A stretch of 64,000 nucleotides of DNA from Candidatus Marinacidobacterales bacterium (GTDB taxonomy: Bacteria; Acidobacteriota; Vicinamibacteria; Marinacidobacterales; SMYC01), in contig CBDCYI010000005.1 in NCBI GenBank assembly GCA_965224085.1, positions 448,001 through 512,000 on the forward strand. The letters run 5' to 3'. Positions 63,009 to 64,000 of the stretch are shown one piece after another. The notes under the pieces were generated by a model. It saw nothing but the letters and a program-made list of their open reading frames with translations, made no database searches and was not told the origin of the DNA. A program made the translations under genes and the position numbers. Every line of letters starts with the position of its first letter. Within the stretch, counting starts at the first letter, position 1.

Positions 63009-64000
63009 ATGAACGGTTCCGCGATACTCATCCAATGTCTCGAGCGCGAAGGCACGGACGTCGTGTTCGGTTATCCCGGCGGCGCAATCATGCCGGTCTA
63101 CGACGCGCTTTACGACGCCGAGTTGAAGCACGTGCTCGTGCGACACGAGCAAGCGGCCGTGCTCGCGGCCGACGGCTATGCGCGGGCGACCGGCAAGCTC
63201 GGCGTGTGTATCGCGACTTCGGGTCCCGGCGCGACGAACCTCGTCACCGGGCTCGCCAACGCCTTCATGGATTCGGTGCCGCTCGTGGCCATCACCGGAC
63301 AAGTTCCGACGAGCCTTCTCGGGACGGACGCGTTCCAGGAAGTCGATATTTTCGGCATCACGCTTCCTGTCGTGAAGCACAGTTTTCTCGTGCGACGTGT
63401 CGAGGAGCTTGCCGAAGTCGTGCACGAAGCTTTTCGGCTCGCGCGATCCAAGCGGCCCGGTCCGGTGCTCATCGACTTGCCGAAGGACGTCGCGAGCGCG
63501 CCGTGCGATCTCGAGCTGTCCGAGCTCCCGCCCTGCGACGTGACGGCTCCCCTGTCGACCGATTCGCTCGACGAAGCCCGCTCCCTCCTGGCGTCCGCGA
63601 AGAGGCCCATCCTCTATGCTGGAGGCGGTATCGTTCTCGGCCGCGCCGTCGATGCCTTTCGGCGTTTCGTTGAAAAGACGCGCATTCCCGTGACCACGAC
63701 CCTCAAGGGCCTCGGCGTCCTCCCCACGGATCACGAGCTCTTTCTCGGCATGCTCGGTATGCATGGTACGAAGGCCGCGAATCTGGCCATCCGTGACTGC
63801 GATCTCCTCGTTGGTGTTGGCGTGCGCTTCGATGACCGTGCGACGGGGAAGCTTTCGGAGTTCGCACCCAACGCCAAGGTTTTGCATCTTGACGTGGATC
63901 CTGCCGAAGTCGGTAAGCTGCGGCGTCCCGATGTTGCCCTCGTCGGCTCGCTCGAAGCTTCGCTCGAGGCTTTGTTCGAAGCTGGCGCGGCCTCCCTCGA
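63009..64000 (+). CDS. ilvB: Acetolactate synthase large subunit, runs off window
   Basis: MNGSAILIQCLEREGTDVVFGYPGGAIMPVYDAL, RHEQAA, TSGPGATN, GTDAFQE, GMLGMHG, RFDDR. Confidence 0.93.
   Translation, partial: MNGSAILIQCLEREGTDVVFGYPGGAIMPVYDALYDAELKHVLVRHEQAAVLAADGYARATGKLGVCIATSGPGATNLVTGLANAFMDSVPLVAITGQVPTSLLGTDAFQEVDIFGITLPVVKHSFLVRRVEELAEVVHEAFRLARSKRPGPVLIDLPKDVASAPCDLELSELPPCDVTAPLSTDSLDEARSLLASAKRPILYAGGGIVLGRAVDAFRRFVEKTRIPVTTTLKGLGVLPTDHELFLGMLGMHGTKAANLAIRDCDLLVGVGVRFDDRATGKLSEFAPNAKVLHLDVDPAEVGKLRRPDVALVGSLEASLEALFEAGAASL

Overview
GC-rich bacterial chromosomal window whose gene content (CRTAC1/ASPIC-UnbV, GWxTD, TMTC-like mannosyltransferase, VPS10 hydrolases, TonB-dependent receptor) resembles Acidobacteriota; that assignment is inferred. 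Intact housekeeping genes (nadC, pxpA/pxpBC, ispG, gltA, fdhD, prfC, tRNA-Met, ilvB with its attenuator) are interspersed with about 20 broken genes, abrupt half-gene-to-half-gene junctions and eight IS copies (2 ISNCY-like, 1 IS5/IS903, 1 IS1634, 1 IS6, 3 IS200). Best candidates: (1) a selenoprotein missed by the ORF track, with signal peptide, TlpA-like W-U-A-G-C redoxin, TPR and DsbD-N-like domain, plus a SECIS-like hairpin after the in-frame UGA; (2) a PQQ alcohol dehydrogenase with the lanthanide-type DYD motif fused to a c-type cytochrome; (3) an ECF sigma/anti-sigma locus with a repeated promoter motif before its own operon and a DUF4331/TPR operon; (4) a PptH-like hydrolase convergent with an Sfp-type PPTase; (5) an IS200 inserted at the ilvB attenuator terminator. 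All calls come from motif recognition by eye; no searches were run.
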